Shown in pieces: positions 9,433 to 19,715 of a DNA stretch of 64,000 bases. The notes beneath the pieces are model-generated. The model ran no database searches, was not told the DNA's origin, and was given only the letters and a program-made list of their open reading frames with translations. Made by a program: the position numbers and the translations under genes. Origin of the DNA: a virus. The stretch spans positions 1 through 64,000 of the IMG/VR virus record IMGVR_UViG_3300031552_000003. One strand, written 5' to 3'. How positions within the stretch are numbered: position 1 is the first letter of the stretch; the number at the start of each line of letters is the position of its first letter.

Positions 9433-10080
9433 ATGAAAAAGATTTTAATATTATTCGGATTAATACTATCTATTTCAATAGATGCTCAGATTATAAACTT
9501 TTTTCAAAAGAAGTTAGGCAGTAATGTTCACACTATAAATATAGTGTTTGACGGAGATTCGCACACGAATTTAAATATATACCCTCCTTTGCTTGTACAA
9601 GAATTAAGAGACTTAGAATATGTTGTAAGTTATTCAACTATAGGTGTAGGAGGTCGTACTTCTACACAAATGCTGGCCAATGTCCAAAATGTAATTGACG
9701 GACATGACTCGCAAGTAGACTTAAACTTATGTATATACTGGATTGGAACAAATGATATATATTACGATGTAAGTAATGCGACAACTGATAGTAATTTAAA
9801 AGCTTATTACAATGCAATTAAGTCGCAATTTACGGTTATGCAAATTGGTACAACTGATTTAATTGATGACCCTACGAATAAATCACAAACTTTAAATCAA
9901 ATGTTTATTGATAATTGGGAAGGGAATTATTCAGATAATTTTTTAAACTTATTATCAGATAGTCGGTATCAGGATTATTCTAACACAGATATATTTTATG
10001 ACGGTGTTCACATGACAACGTTGGGATACACTGGCGTGAGTGATCTATCATTGCCATTACTTCTCCAATTGATAAATTAA
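9433..10080 (+). CDS. SGNH/GDSL esterase with signal peptide
   Basis: FDGDSHT, GVGG, IGTND, DGVH blocks; MKKILILFGLILSISIDA|Q. Confidence 0.88.
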   Translation: MKKILILFGLILSISIDAQIINFFQKKLGSNVHTINIVFDGDSHTNLNIYPPLLVQELRDLEYVVSYSTIGVGGRTSTQMLANVQNVIDGHDSQVDLNLCIYWIGTNDIYYDVSNATTDSNLKAYYNAIKSQFTVMQIGTTDLIDDPTNKSQTLNQMFIDNWEGNYSDNFLNLLSDSRYQDYSNTDIFYDGVHMTTLGYTGVSDLSLPLLLQLIN

Positions 10081-10261
10081 ATCAAATGAAAATACTTATA
10101 TTATTTTATAATGCTTAATTTAAATTTTAAAAAGATGAAAAACTTAAATAATATTTTAAAAATAACAGGAGAAGCACAAGTATCAGGGTCAATAACAGCT
10201 AAAATGAGGTGTATTGAATATAAACCAGCGGGGATAAATTAATTATGTCAATAGAAAACAA

Positions 10262-10507
10262 ATGTATATTAATATTATGAAAACAAATTATCTACAGGAA
10301 AGTACGGGTAACAAAAGCTCAAACAGGTTAATTTTCGTAATTGGAAGCTTTTGGGTAATGGCCATGACAACTGGCCTCGCTTTTATTTCTAAAGCAGAAA
10401 TACCTCTTTTAATTGCGTTTTATACTTCAATTCAAGGGGTACTTATTGGTTTAAAACTTGGACAAAAACCGATGGAATCAAAAGTAAATGAAACAGAAAA
10501 GACATAA
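10262..10507 (+). CDS. Putative holin (2 TM)
   Basis: Two hydrophobic segments, charged C-terminus, directly before endolysin candidate. Confidence 0.55.
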   Translation: MYINIMKTNYLQESTGNKSSNRLIFVIGSFWVMAMTTGLAFISKAEIPLLIAFYTSIQGVLIGLKLGQKPMESKVNETEKT

Positions 10508-10593
10508 AATAATACCTTATATCTGTAATTATTATCATTATTATTCTTTATAACAAAAATATTTAAATTTTAATAAAAAATGGGGACTAAGAA

Positions 10594-11031
10594 ATGGAAA
10601 TAACTTTAATTAATGATATTTTTGGAGAAGATTATACTGCCGGTAAAATATATATAGATGGTGAGTATTTTTGCGATACCCTTGAGGATAAGACAAGAGA
10701 TTTAAATAAGGACGGTGATCTTAATGATGAAGGAGAAGGTAAAGTATATGGGGAAACTGCTATTCCTTACGGTATTTATGAGATGATCCTTTCATGGTCT
10801 CCTAAATTTAAGAAAGAAATGCCTTTGATTATTGGGGTCAAACATTTTGAAGGAATTAGAATTCACTCGGGTAATACTGTTAAAGACACGCTTGGGTGTA
10901 TTTTAGTAGGAGAGAGGAACGATCAATCATCTTGGTTATTGAAGTATGGTACGAGCCGAAATACTTTTAATAGGCTGATGGATACATTAAAAAAATCTGG
11001 ACAGGAAATATTTACATTTGAAAAGAAATAA
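10594..11031 (+). CDS. DUF5675-like putative endolysin
   Basis: CDTLED, GETAIPYG.Y, GIRIHSGN, TLGCILVG. Confidence 0.8.
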   Translation: MEITLINDIFGEDYTAGKIYIDGEYFCDTLEDKTRDLNKDGDLNDEGEGKVYGETAIPYGIYEMILSWSPKFKKEMPLIIGVKHFEGIRIHSGNTVKDTLGCILVGERNDQSSWLLKYGTSRNTFNRLMDTLKKSGQEIFTFEKK

Positions 11032-11138
11032 AACGCATCATGTATAAAAAGCCAGATGGGCGTAGTGCAAGAGGAGAGAGTGTTAATTTGCAGATATATT
11101 CACATTTATCATAATAAACATAATATAAAATTATAAAA

Positions 11139-11231
11139 ATGAAAAAGAGACTAAAATTACAGAAAAAATTCGTGATACATACCAATGTGTGCGATCCAGA
11201 TCCTGATCCGCCTAAACCAAATGAATATTGA
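11139..11231 (+). CDS. 30-aa peptide MKKRLKLQKKFVIHTNVCDPDPDPPKPNEY (absent from ORF track)
   Basis: A-rich leader, open frame, stop abuts next gene. Confidence 0.45.
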   Translation: MKKRLKLQKKFVIHTNVCDPDPDPPKPNEY

Positions 11232-11677
11232 TTATGGATGAAAGGAAAAAATATAATTTAATTATTAAAACAATGACAATATTGCCATTTATAGTAATAT
11301 TGTTATTAAGTTTATTTCATTCTATTGATGCTACAAACAGGGACACAAGTTTAGGTTGGAAGACAGTGTGGGCACTGTGTCATCATATACCTATAATAGG
11401 ATTGTCTATTTTTACAGGATATATGTTTCCTGATAAAATAGTAAAAAGAATTTATTTATATGTGCTTCCTTTGTTTTTTAGTATTGTTTGTTTGTATTAT
11501 TTTATTTGTTTATTTAAAATTAATATATTTCAAGGAAGTGATGCTGTAATGTGGGGAAAAATATGGAATGGTATTTTTTTGTTTTGTTTAAGCATAAGTT
11601 TGTTGATAATCTTTATTTATATAAATAGATTTAAAATTTTAAACTATGCCAGAAAGTTTAAAGAAAAAATTAGCTAA
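11228..11677 (+). CDS. Four-TM membrane protein
   Basis: Four hydrophobic stretches. Confidence 0.65.
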   Translation: MIMDERKKYNLIIKTMTILPFIVILLLSLFHSIDATNRDTSLGWKTVWALCHHIPIIGLSIFTGYMFPDKIVKRIYLYVLPLFFSIVCLYYFICLFKINIFQGSDAVMWGKIWNGIFLFCLSISLLIIFIYINRFKILNYARKFKEKIS

Positions 11678-12089
11678 TATTTTGCTATCTGCATTAGTTT
11701 CTTTTGTAGTGTTTTTATTAGGTGTATGGGTAACTGATATAAAGGCAAGTAAGAAAGATATACAAACTGCATTAAATGAACGTCCAACAACAGATTATAT
11801 AGAAAATAAATGTCAGAAAATAACAGATTATGTTATTATGCAGGATAATGAAATTAAAATTACTGTGGCAGAAAATAAAAAGGAAGCTTCTCAACAACGA
11901 CTTGATATGGAGAATAGATTTTTTAAATATATAGAGCAAATATTAAAATCAAATGAAATAACACAACAAGATGTTCGTGACTTAAAAATATATATTTTGA
12001 ATGGGCAAAATAAACAAAAAACTGTGGGCAATTTAAAAAATATGGGATTATCTTTAGATTCTTTGTTATTTCCTAATATTTTTAATTAG
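11646..12089 (+). CDS. N-terminal TM plus coiled-coil protein (possibly lysis associated)
   Basis: ILLSALVSFVVFLLGVWV followed by helical charged region. Confidence 0.55.
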   Translation: MPESLKKKLANILLSALVSFVVFLLGVWVTDIKASKKDIQTALNERPTTDYIENKCQKITDYVIMQDNEIKITVAENKKEASQQRLDMENRFFKYIEQILKSNEITQQDVRDLKIYILNGQNKQKTVGNLKNMGLSLDSLLFPNIFN

Positions 12090-12111
12090 CACATATTAAA
12101 ATTGATATAAA

Positions 12112-13530
12112 ATGAAACGCGCAATAAAATCAAAAGAAATAACATCAAATACGGATTTGCAAACATTAAGCACGTTAGTATCACGCATGGCTTTGGCGAG
12201 TTCTCTTGGGCAGCAAACATACGGAGGGGATCGTGATATATATCAGGCTCTCGGATATCCTGTGGATATAAAATATAAAGATTATGTTGCACGTTATTTT
12301 AGACAAGATATTGCAAAAGCAATTATAGACCGTCCAGTAAAAGCGACTTGGCAAGGAAAATTAGAATTGGTAGAATCTGAAAAGGAAGAAACCCCATTTG
12401 AAAAAGCTTGGATTGATTTAAATGATAAATTTGGGTTACAATCAATATTTTCCAGGGTAGATCGTTTAACTGGTATTGGAAAATATGGTATTATTTTATT
12501 GGGTTTAGATGATGTTCAAAAAAATGATGATTTTCAAAAACCGTCTATAGGAAAAAGAAAATTAATTTATTTGATGCCTTTTGGAGAAGGGTCTGCTGTT
12601 ATAAATACATATGAAACAGATGCAAGAAACCCGAGATATGGAAAACCTTTAACTTATTCTATTACTGTACAACAAATGGAAGGTGGTGTAAGTACAGTTA
12701 TTGAAGTACATTACAGCAGAATAGTACACATTATAGATAATCCATTAGAATCTGATATAGAAAGTACCCCTGTTTTAGAAGTTGTCTTTAATCGGTTAAT
12801 TGATTTGGAAAAACTTGTAGGAGGGGATGCGGAAATGTTTTGGAGAGGGGCACGGCCAGGTTATGCGGGTTCTGTTGATAAAGATTTTCAAATGACCCCT
12901 AAAACAAAAGCTGATTTAAAAGAACAAATTGATGAGTATGAGCATAATTTACGGAGGATATTGGTTAATGAAGGCGTGGATTTAAAAGCATTAGCACAGC
13001 AAATTGCAGATCCTATAAACCATGTTGATGTGCAAATACAAATGATATCAGCAGTTACAGGTATTCCAAAAAGAATATTAGTAGGAAGTGAACGTGGAGA
13101 ATTATCAAGTGCGCAAGATACATCAGAATGGAAAACATATGTACGCATACGTAGGCAGGAACATGCGGAACCTCATATTATTCGCCCTTTTGTAACTCGC
13201 TGTATGGAGCTTGGGGTTCTTCCAAGATTAACAACAAGTAGATATTCTGCGACTTGGGAAGATTTATTTGCTTTGAGTGAAGGCGATAGGGTTAAAATTG
13301 GAAAAGAAAGAGCATCAGCTTTGAAAGACTATACTTCAAGCCCAATGTCGGAAGCAGTATTATCTCCGGAAGCATTTGTAGAATTTTGTATGGGGTTTAC
13401 CTCAGATCAAATTAACAAGTTAAAACAAATGATGGGAGGGCCTGAATCTTTAGAACAAAAAAGTATGCAAAAATTTAAGGAAATTACAGAGAAACAAGCT
13501 CCTTTAGAAAAAAAAAGATACCAAAGATAG
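12112..13530 (+). CDS. Portal protein (DUF1073-like)
   Basis: IAKAIIDRPV..TW, PRYGKP..Y, IHYSR-like VHYSR, TGIPKRILVGSERG; precedes Mu F-like gene. Confidence 0.85.
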   Translation: MKRAIKSKEITSNTDLQTLSTLVSRMALASSLGQQTYGGDRDIYQALGYPVDIKYKDYVARYFRQDIAKAIIDRPVKATWQGKLELVESEKEETPFEKAWIDLNDKFGLQSIFSRVDRLTGIGKYGIILLGLDDVQKNDDFQKPSIGKRKLIYLMPFGEGSAVINTYETDARNPRYGKPLTYSITVQQMEGGVSTVIEVHYSRIVHIIDNPLESDIESTPVLEVVFNRLIDLEKLVGGDAEMFWRGARPGYAGSVDKDFQMTPKTKADLKEQIDEYEHNLRRILVNEGVDLKALAQQIADPINHVDVQIQMISAVTGIPKRILVGSERGELSSAQDTSEWKTYVRIRRQEHAEPHIIRPFVTRCMELGVLPRLTTSRYSATWEDLFALSEGDRVKIGKERASALKDYTSSPMSEAVLSPEAFVEFCMGFTSDQINKLKQMMGGPESLEQKSMQKFKEITEKQAPLEKKRYQR

Positions 13531-13541
13531 TAAAATAGATA

Positions 13542-14471
13542 ATGATGTTTAGAAATAAAATAGATATATACAAACAATATGATCCAACACGCACAACAGT
13601 GTTGCGAAATTTATTTACGCGTGATATGCTTCGTCGTTTTGACATAATAATTTCTATTATTATGAAAACAGTAGTTGATAATGATTGTTTTGGTTTACAA
13701 AAAAACATTCAAATAAATCAGGTACTTCCAGCAGGGTGGCAAGCTTTTAATTATCGGTTAAGCCAGGAAAAGATTACAAAATTTATGGAATGGTTGAGAA
13801 TACAAGTAAATTTGGGTATTCTTGATATAAGGGAATTTGAACAAATAGGTGATGCTGTTAATTTTGCCTGGACTAATAAGTATGTGTTTGATTCATATAA
13901 AAGAGGAGTAATTAGGGCACGATATGAGTTACAGAAAGCAGGATTTAAAGTACCATCTATAGATGATACCGGAGGAATTGAAATATCTATGGCTTTGCCT
14001 ATTCATCTTGATAGATTAGGAATATTATATGCCCGGGTTTATTCAGATTTAAAAGGAATTTCAGAACAAATGGATGCTTATATAAGCCGTATTTTGGCAC
14101 AAGGTATAGCAGATGGGGACAGTCCATTGTTGCTTGCTCGTAAATTAGTTTCTGTTATTAATGGACAAGGTATAGGTGATTTAGGTGTTACGGATACATT
14201 AGGGAGGTTTATTTCTGCAAAAAGACGGGCAGAAATGCTTGCGCGGACGGAAATAATACGGGCACATGCGGAAGCTCAATTGCAAGAATTTAGAAATTGG
14301 GGTGTTGAGGGGGTTAGTGTTGAAGCTGAATTTCAAACAGCAGGTGATGATAAGGTTTGTTCGGAATGTGAAAGTTTGCAAGGAAAAGTATTTACATTGG
14401 ATGAAGCGAGTGGGGTAATTCCTGTACATCCTTTTTGCAGATGTTGTTGGCTTCCTTCAATTAAAGAATAA
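13542..14471 (+). CDS. Minor head morphogenesis protein (SPP1 gp7 / Mu F)
   Basis: RAEMLARTE, TAGDDKVCSEC, PVHPFCRC. Confidence 0.92.
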   Translation: MMFRNKIDIYKQYDPTRTTVLRNLFTRDMLRRFDIIISIIMKTVVDNDCFGLQKNIQINQVLPAGWQAFNYRLSQEKITKFMEWLRIQVNLGILDIREFEQIGDAVNFAWTNKYVFDSYKRGVIRARYELQKAGFKVPSIDDTGGIEISMALPIHLDRLGILYARVYSDLKGISEQMDAYISRILAQGIADGDSPLLLARKLVSVINGQGIGDLGVTDTLGRFISAKRRAEMLARTEIIRAHAEAQLQEFRNWGVEGVSVEAEFQTAGDDKVCSECESLQGKVFTLDEASGVIPVHPFCRCCWLPSIKE

Positions 14472-14509
14472 GGAGGTATGAAAATAAATAAAATTAGGAG
14501 GAAAATAGT

Positions 14510-16123
14510 ATGTGGAAAATATCAGATGTAGAATCTCACAAAAAGGGGCTTTCCCCTGAGCAAAAAAAGAGGTGGGTATCTGTGGCTAATTCTATTTTAG
14601 CTAAATGCATAAAAGATGGAGGTTCTGATAGTAGTTGTGCCCCTACAGCTATAAGACAAGCCAATAGTGTGGTTGCAAATAATCAACTTTATGTAAATAC
14701 ATCAAATACAAATTACACTATAAGAGAGGAGATACACCAAGGGCGCAAGCATATTGTTGTTCCTGTTGTGATGATGGTAGAAGGTGTGCACAATGGAAGT
14801 ATGGGGCCTTTGTTGCATACTGCGGAAGAACTTGGCAAGTATCCGGAATCATGGAACGGTATTCCGGTAGTAATAAATCATCCTGTAAACAATGAAGGGG
14901 ATAATATTTCGGCAAATTCTCCTGAAATAATTGATTCAGAAGTTACAGTTGGAAAAGTATATCATACACATTTAGTTGATACTAAATTAATGGCTGAAGC
15001 TTATTTGGACGAAGAAAAACTAAACAATATTTCTTCCAATGCTTTGTTGGCAATTATGAATGGAGATCCACTTGAAGTTAGTATAGGTGTTTTTAATGAT
15101 ACAAATATTGAGCCGGGACAATGGCATAATGAAAAATATAACGCAGTAGCTATCAACCATAGACCAGACCATCTTGCTCTTTTGCCCGGGGGGATTGGTG
15201 CTTGTTCGTGGGAAGATGGTTGTGGTGTTCGTGTAAATCAAAAAAAGAAAGGAGGTAAAAATATGGTTGTTGATGATGCAGCACAAATTAATGAGGAGAA
15301 ACAAAAACATATACAATCTATTCTTGATGCTAATATGGATCAAGGATATAGGTATATGATAGAATCTGCTCAAAATATGTTGAATAAGATGGATTCGGAA
15401 AATGCTTATCATTATTTGGAAGATATGGATAATACTCATGTGATATATTCTAAAAGAGATAAAAATGATAGGAAAATGCTTAAACAATCTTATGAAATAA
15501 ATGAAAGCGGGGTTCCGACATTGATTAACAATCCAATTGAAGTAAGACAAAAAATAGATTATGTGCCTGTGGTTACTCACATGGTGAGAAGTAAATTTAA
15601 TGTTAATAAAGGAGGTAAAGCAATGAATAATAAAGAAGAATGTGGGCAGTGCATGGAGAAAGTTGTAGCTATTATAAATAGTAATGCTGCTGGAATGACT
15701 GCTGAAAATCGTGAATGGCTTTTAACACAGGATGAGCCTGTTTTGGACATGCTTTTGTCCAAGAAACCTGTTGAAAAGAAAGTAGAAGTATCTGCAAAAC
15801 TTACTTCGGATCAGATATTGGATGCAATGTCTGCTGAGGATAAGGCTGCTCTTGCTTTTGGTAGAAAACAATTAGCTGATAAAAGAGCTAATATGATAAA
15901 AGGGATTCAGGACAATACTGAAAAAGATTTATGGCCGGAAGCTGTTTTAAATACCCTTAGTGAAGATTTTCTTGAAAAACTTTACAATTCTGTAAATGTT
16001 AATAATAATGATGATGTAGAAGCTAATTATGCCTTAAATGGCAATTCTCATCGTATGAATGTTAACTTTAATGATGAGGAAGCTTTGTATCCGGTTGGAG
16101 TAGAAATTGAAACTACAAAATAA
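14510..16123 (+). CDS. Prohead protease-scaffold (DUF2213-like)
   Basis: EGVHNG, WNGIPVVINHP, EVSIG, PDHLALL..GAC; helical C-terminal half; SD AGGAGG. Confidence 0.8.
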   Translation: MWKISDVESHKKGLSPEQKKRWVSVANSILAKCIKDGGSDSSCAPTAIRQANSVVANNQLYVNTSNTNYTIREEIHQGRKHIVVPVVMMVEGVHNGSMGPLLHTAEELGKYPESWNGIPVVINHPVNNEGDNISANSPEIIDSEVTVGKVYHTHLVDTKLMAEAYLDEEKLNNISSNALLAIMNGDPLEVSIGVFNDTNIEPGQWHNEKYNAVAINHRPDHLALLPGGIGACSWEDGCGVRVNQKKKGGKNMVVDDAAQINEEKQKHIQSILDANMDQGYRYMIESAQNMLNKMDSENAYHYLEDMDNTHVIYSKRDKNDRKMLKQSYEINESGVPTLINNPIEVRQKIDYVPVVTHMVRSKFNVNKGGKAMNNKEECGQCMEKVVAIINSNAAGMTAENREWLLTQDEPVLDMLLSKKPVEKKVEVSAKLTSDQILDAMSAEDKAALAFGRKQLADKRANMIKGIQDNTEKDLWPEAVLNTLSEDFLEKLYNSVNVNNNDDVEANYALNGNSHRMNVNFNDEEALYPVGVEIETTK

Positions 16124-16138
16124 GAAAGGAGAGTAATT

Positions 16139-16654
16139 ATGAAATACAACACAATTAAATTAAAGAATTATTTACATATTCGTGAAGAATATACTGCGGC
16201 AGAAGCTATCCTTCCGGGGATGTTGGTTGAATTAAACAGTTCCGGGACACTTCAAAAACATTCAGGGGCAGGACAAACAGCTCTTCCTATGTTTGCGATA
16301 GAAGATGCTTTACAAGGTAAAGCGATTGATGAAGCTTATGCAGCTTCAGATAAAGTACAAGTATGGGTCCCTACAAGGGGGGATATTGTATATGGTTTGC
16401 TTGCAGATGAGGAAACTGTTGTTATTGGTGATTTTGTTGAAAGTAATGGGGCTGGGTTTCTTCGTAAATTAGTCCGTACAAATGAGAGTTGGGAATCTGA
16501 TGATGATGCCCCGGGTGGAGGGGATCATACTATTTATGATATGCACATTGTAGGACAAGTGCTTGAAGCTAAAGATTTATCTTCTCTTGAAGGTTCTGAA
16601 TCCAGTGCAGCTACGGCCACAACTACGCAGTACACTCAAATTAGAATAATGTAA
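16139..16654 (+). CDS. Head decoration/cement protein
   Basis: A.EAI.PG.LV, GD.V.S.G.G motifs; between scaffold and capsid genes. Confidence 0.7.
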   Translation: MKYNTIKLKNYLHIREEYTAAEAILPGMLVELNSSGTLQKHSGAGQTALPMFAIEDALQGKAIDEAYAASDKVQVWVPTRGDIVYGLLADEETVVIGDFVESNGAGFLRKLVRTNESWESDDDAPGGGDHTIYDMHIVGQVLEAKDLSSLEGSESSAATATTTQYTQIRIM

Positions 16655-16673
16655 TTAAAGAAAGGAGAAGAAA

Positions 16674-17777
16674 ATGAAAAACAACGTAAATGTTGATTTA
16701 TTAGGTAATGGAGGCGGGAATGGACAGGTTGCCAAGATGTTATTGTCTAATGGCAAGCTTAATCCCGGGACAATGCGGCCTTTTATTGGAAATGATGGTA
16801 ATTCGTATATAACTTATTATAAGGGGGGTAATCCAAATAAACCGGCGAATTATGTCACACAGCGTATTAATTCAAATGCCACACTTCGTCGTGACGAATG
16901 GAAAGCGTTAGATGAATCTTTGCTTGAAGTAGCTCGTCAACGTCTTGGAGGGGTTCAGGATTTGATTGATAGCGGGCTTACCTATAATTTAGGTAATGCA
17001 ATGGGTACTACAGTACTTGAATATCATGATGTAAGCGATGCAATGGAAGCTGACCTTACTATGGATGGTATTACCCGTGGTAAAAATGATCGTCCTGATT
17101 TTAATTATCATTATTTACCTATTCCCATAATTCATGTTGATTATGAAATCAATGCTCGTGAATTAGCGGCAAGTAGAAATCTTGGTAATCCTTTGGACAC
17201 AATTGATGCTCAAACTGCTGCAAGAAAAGTAGCTGAAAAGTTAGAAGCGATGTTGTTTACCAATACTGATTATTCATTTGGTGAAAAAGGATCGAATGGA
17301 CGAAATACTATCTATAGTTATATCAACCATCCTGACAGGAATTTGGTTACATTGGATATACATTGGGACGATTCTCCGATTACCGGGGCATTGATTGTAC
17401 AGGATGTTCTTGCATTAAAACAGGCATCTATTGCTGATTATCATTATGGCCCGTGGAAATTATACATCCCGACCAATTATGAAACAGTGCTTGATGGTGA
17501 TTATGATTCTACTACACCTGGTACAACTATTCGTGAACGTATTATGAAAATTGCTGGTATTACCGGTATTAAAGTAGTAGATACTTTACCTGCGGACAAT
17601 GTGCTTTTGGTACAAATGACGAGTGATGTTGTTCGTTTAGTCCGTGGCATGGGTATTCAGAATGTGGAATGGAAGTCAGAAGGCAATATGGTGACAAATT
17701 ACAAAGTCATGACAATTCAGGTTCCGCAGATTCGCAGTGATTATAATAAACGGTCAGGAATTATCCATTTGGCTTAA
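16674..17777 (+). CDS. Major capsid protein (HK97 fold, Linocin_M18/encapsulin-like)
   Basis: TLRRDEW..LD, LPIPIIH.DY.I..REL, YGPW.LY; size, position and strong SD. Confidence 0.88.
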   Translation: MKNNVNVDLLGNGGGNGQVAKMLLSNGKLNPGTMRPFIGNDGNSYITYYKGGNPNKPANYVTQRINSNATLRRDEWKALDESLLEVARQRLGGVQDLIDSGLTYNLGNAMGTTVLEYHDVSDAMEADLTMDGITRGKNDRPDFNYHYLPIPIIHVDYEINARELAASRNLGNPLDTIDAQTAARKVAEKLEAMLFTNTDYSFGEKGSNGRNTIYSYINHPDRNLVTLDIHWDDSPITGALIVQDVLALKQASIADYHYGPWKLYIPTNYETVLDGDYDSTTPGTTIRERIMKIAGITGIKVVDTLPADNVLLVQMTSDVVRLVRGMGIQNVEWKSEGNMVTNYKVMTIQVPQIRSDYNKRSGIIHLA

Positions 17778-17821
17778 TTTAAAATTGACTAATCAGGTTA
17801 ATTAATTTAAAAATTGAAAAA

Positions 17822-18193
17822 ATGATACGAAAAAATAAGGAAAATATTAATACACCATCTTCATTTAATTCTATTACAGAAGGCAGGATTCTTTGGAAAA
17901 ATAATGGTGGGACTTTGAGGCTTAGAAAAAATAAAATTATTAAGCCGGGAGAAAAATTTAAAGCTTATCCACATGAAATTCCAAAAGCATTTCGGGATGT
18001 TATTATTGCATTAGAACCTGTTACAGATTTTAAAGAAGTTGAAATGAACATTCCTTCAATTACATATACATTGAAACCAAGTGATGAAAATGAAGGGTTT
18101 TTTGACATTTATAATTCTCAGAATAAAAAGATGAATGAACTTCCATTGGAAGAAGAAGTGGCTAAGCAGTTAATTAAAGATTTACAAAGTTAA
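17822..18193 (+). CDS. Hypothetical protein downstream of the major capsid gene
   Basis: In-operon ORF. Confidence 0.6.
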   Translation: MIRKNKENINTPSSFNSITEGRILWKNNGGTLRLRKNKIIKPGEKFKAYPHEIPKAFRDVIIALEPVTDFKEVEMNIPSITYTLKPSDENEGFFDIYNSQNKKMNELPLEEEVAKQLIKDLQS

Positions 18194-18197
18194 TTAT

Positions 18198-18920
18198 ATG
18201 TGGCATGTTCCTGAAATATGGAAGAATGGAGAGTGTTGGATATTAGGGGGAGGGCCCTCGTTAGTAGAACAATTTAATATTCCTAAAAATATTGTTCAAA
18301 GTGTTATCGAAGGAAAAACTACCCCTAATGCTTATTCTCCGTACATGGAAGCTATACATGATAAGCATGTGATAGGGGTTAACATGTCTTATAAAATAGG
18401 AAATTGGATTGATTTTGTTTTTTTTGGGGATAGTGGGTTTTTTGTTAGAGAGAAAAACAACATATCAATTTTCCCAGGAATAAAAGTATCATGTCATCCA
18501 CAAGTTGAAAAATGTCCTTGGGTGAAATATGTTGGAAGGGATACAAAGCACCCAAAAGGAATCAGTTCAAATCCTAAAATGGTTTCATGGAATGCAAATA
18601 GTGGTGCAGCATCAATAAGTTTAGCTGCACACCTTGGGGTAAAGAGAATTATTTTAGTAGGATTTGATATGAAATTAGATGATAGTGGTAAACAACATTG
18701 GCATGATTTGTATGGTAAGTTAAAAAACTTAAATATTAATGCTGGAAAAGAAAAAAGAAGGGGGCCAGGAGGATTGCCTTTTAACAGGCATTTATTAGGA
18801 TTTTCTCAAATTGCAAAAGATGCTAATAATATGGGAATTGAAATTTTAAATGCATCTATTAATAGTGCTATACAAGAATTTAAAAAAGTAAATGTAAAAG
18901 ATTTAATTACTGTTAAATAA
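18198..18920 (+). CDS. Maf/MptE-like (DUF115-type) putative glycosyltransferase
   Basis: ILGGGPSL, VIGVN, NSG..SISLA.HLG.KRIILVGFD, ILNAS. Confidence 0.7.
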   Translation: MWHVPEIWKNGECWILGGGPSLVEQFNIPKNIVQSVIEGKTTPNAYSPYMEAIHDKHVIGVNMSYKIGNWIDFVFFGDSGFFVREKNNISIFPGIKVSCHPQVEKCPWVKYVGRDTKHPKGISSNPKMVSWNANSGAASISLAAHLGVKRIILVGFDMKLDDSGKQHWHDLYGKLKNLNINAGKEKRRGPGGLPFNRHLLGFSQIAKDANNMGIEILNASINSAIQEFKKVNVKDLITVK

Positions 18921-18932
18921 TTATAATCAATA

Positions 18933-19712
18933 ATGAATACAGTAAGGATTTGTGGAGGAGTTGGAAATCAATTGTTCCAGTATGCTTTTGGAAAATTTCA
19001 GGAATTTTTAGGAATATCGGTAGATTATGATATTTCGTGGTATAATAAACCACAAGTTCCACCAAGGTTATTTAGGTTATGTAAATATAAGATTGATTTA
19101 GATAAAAAATTAATTACATCTAAAGTATATAAAAGAACAATATTAGAAAAAGGGTTTAATTCTAAATCTATTATTGATATTGGGTATAAGTATAGTGGAT
19201 ATTGGCAATCTTCTTTTTATCATACAAATATTTTTCCAGTATTAAAGAAAGAATATCAGGTTAAGGAAAATTTTTATACTAAGGAATTTTTAGATTTAAA
19301 AAGAAAAATCACACAAAGTAATTCAGTTTCTTTGCATGTAAGAAGAGGGGATTATCTTGGAAAAAACAACCAATATGTTTTGCCATTAGAATACTATATT
19401 AATGCATTAAAGATATTATCTTTATTAAAAGGAAATTATGTTGTTTTTGTATTTAGTGATGATATTGCTTGGTGTAAGGAATATTTTCCTAATTTTTATT
19501 TTGTACAATTAGATGATTATCTTGAATTAGAATTGATGAGTTGTTGCAAACATAATATTATTGCAAATAGTACATTTAGTTGGTGGGCAGCATATTTAAA
19601 TAATAATTCAAATAAAATTGTAATAGCTCCTAAAAAATGGGTAGCAAGGAAAAAAGATCAAGATTTGATAGATAGAAAAAGGCTTATTTTGCATGATTGG
19701 ATAAAATTATAG
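18933..19712 (+). CDS. GT11 alpha-1,2-fucosyl/colitosyl-transferase
   Basis: GGVGNQLFQY, GYWQS, HVRRGDY, FSDD..WC, NSTFSWWAAY. Confidence 0.93.
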   Translation: MNTVRICGGVGNQLFQYAFGKFQEFLGISVDYDISWYNKPQVPPRLFRLCKYKIDLDKKLITSKVYKRTILEKGFNSKSIIDIGYKYSGYWQSSFYHTNIFPVLKKEYQVKENFYTKEFLDLKRKITQSNSVSLHVRRGDYLGKNNQYVLPLEYYINALKILSLLKGNYVVFVFSDDIAWCKEYFPNFYFVQLDDYLELELMSCCKHNIIANSTFSWWAAYLNNNSNKIVIAPKKWVARKKDQDLIDRKRLILHDWIKL

Positions 19713-19715
19713 TTT

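Noticed and set aside
12112-13530. Anti-CBASS Acb1 label often attached to this family
   Set aside because: No HxT phosphoesterase domain seen; size and position fit a portal
16674-17777. Encapsulin/bacteriocin (Linocin M18)
   Set aside because: Lies in canonical portal-protease-decoration-capsid order, so it is the phage capsid protein
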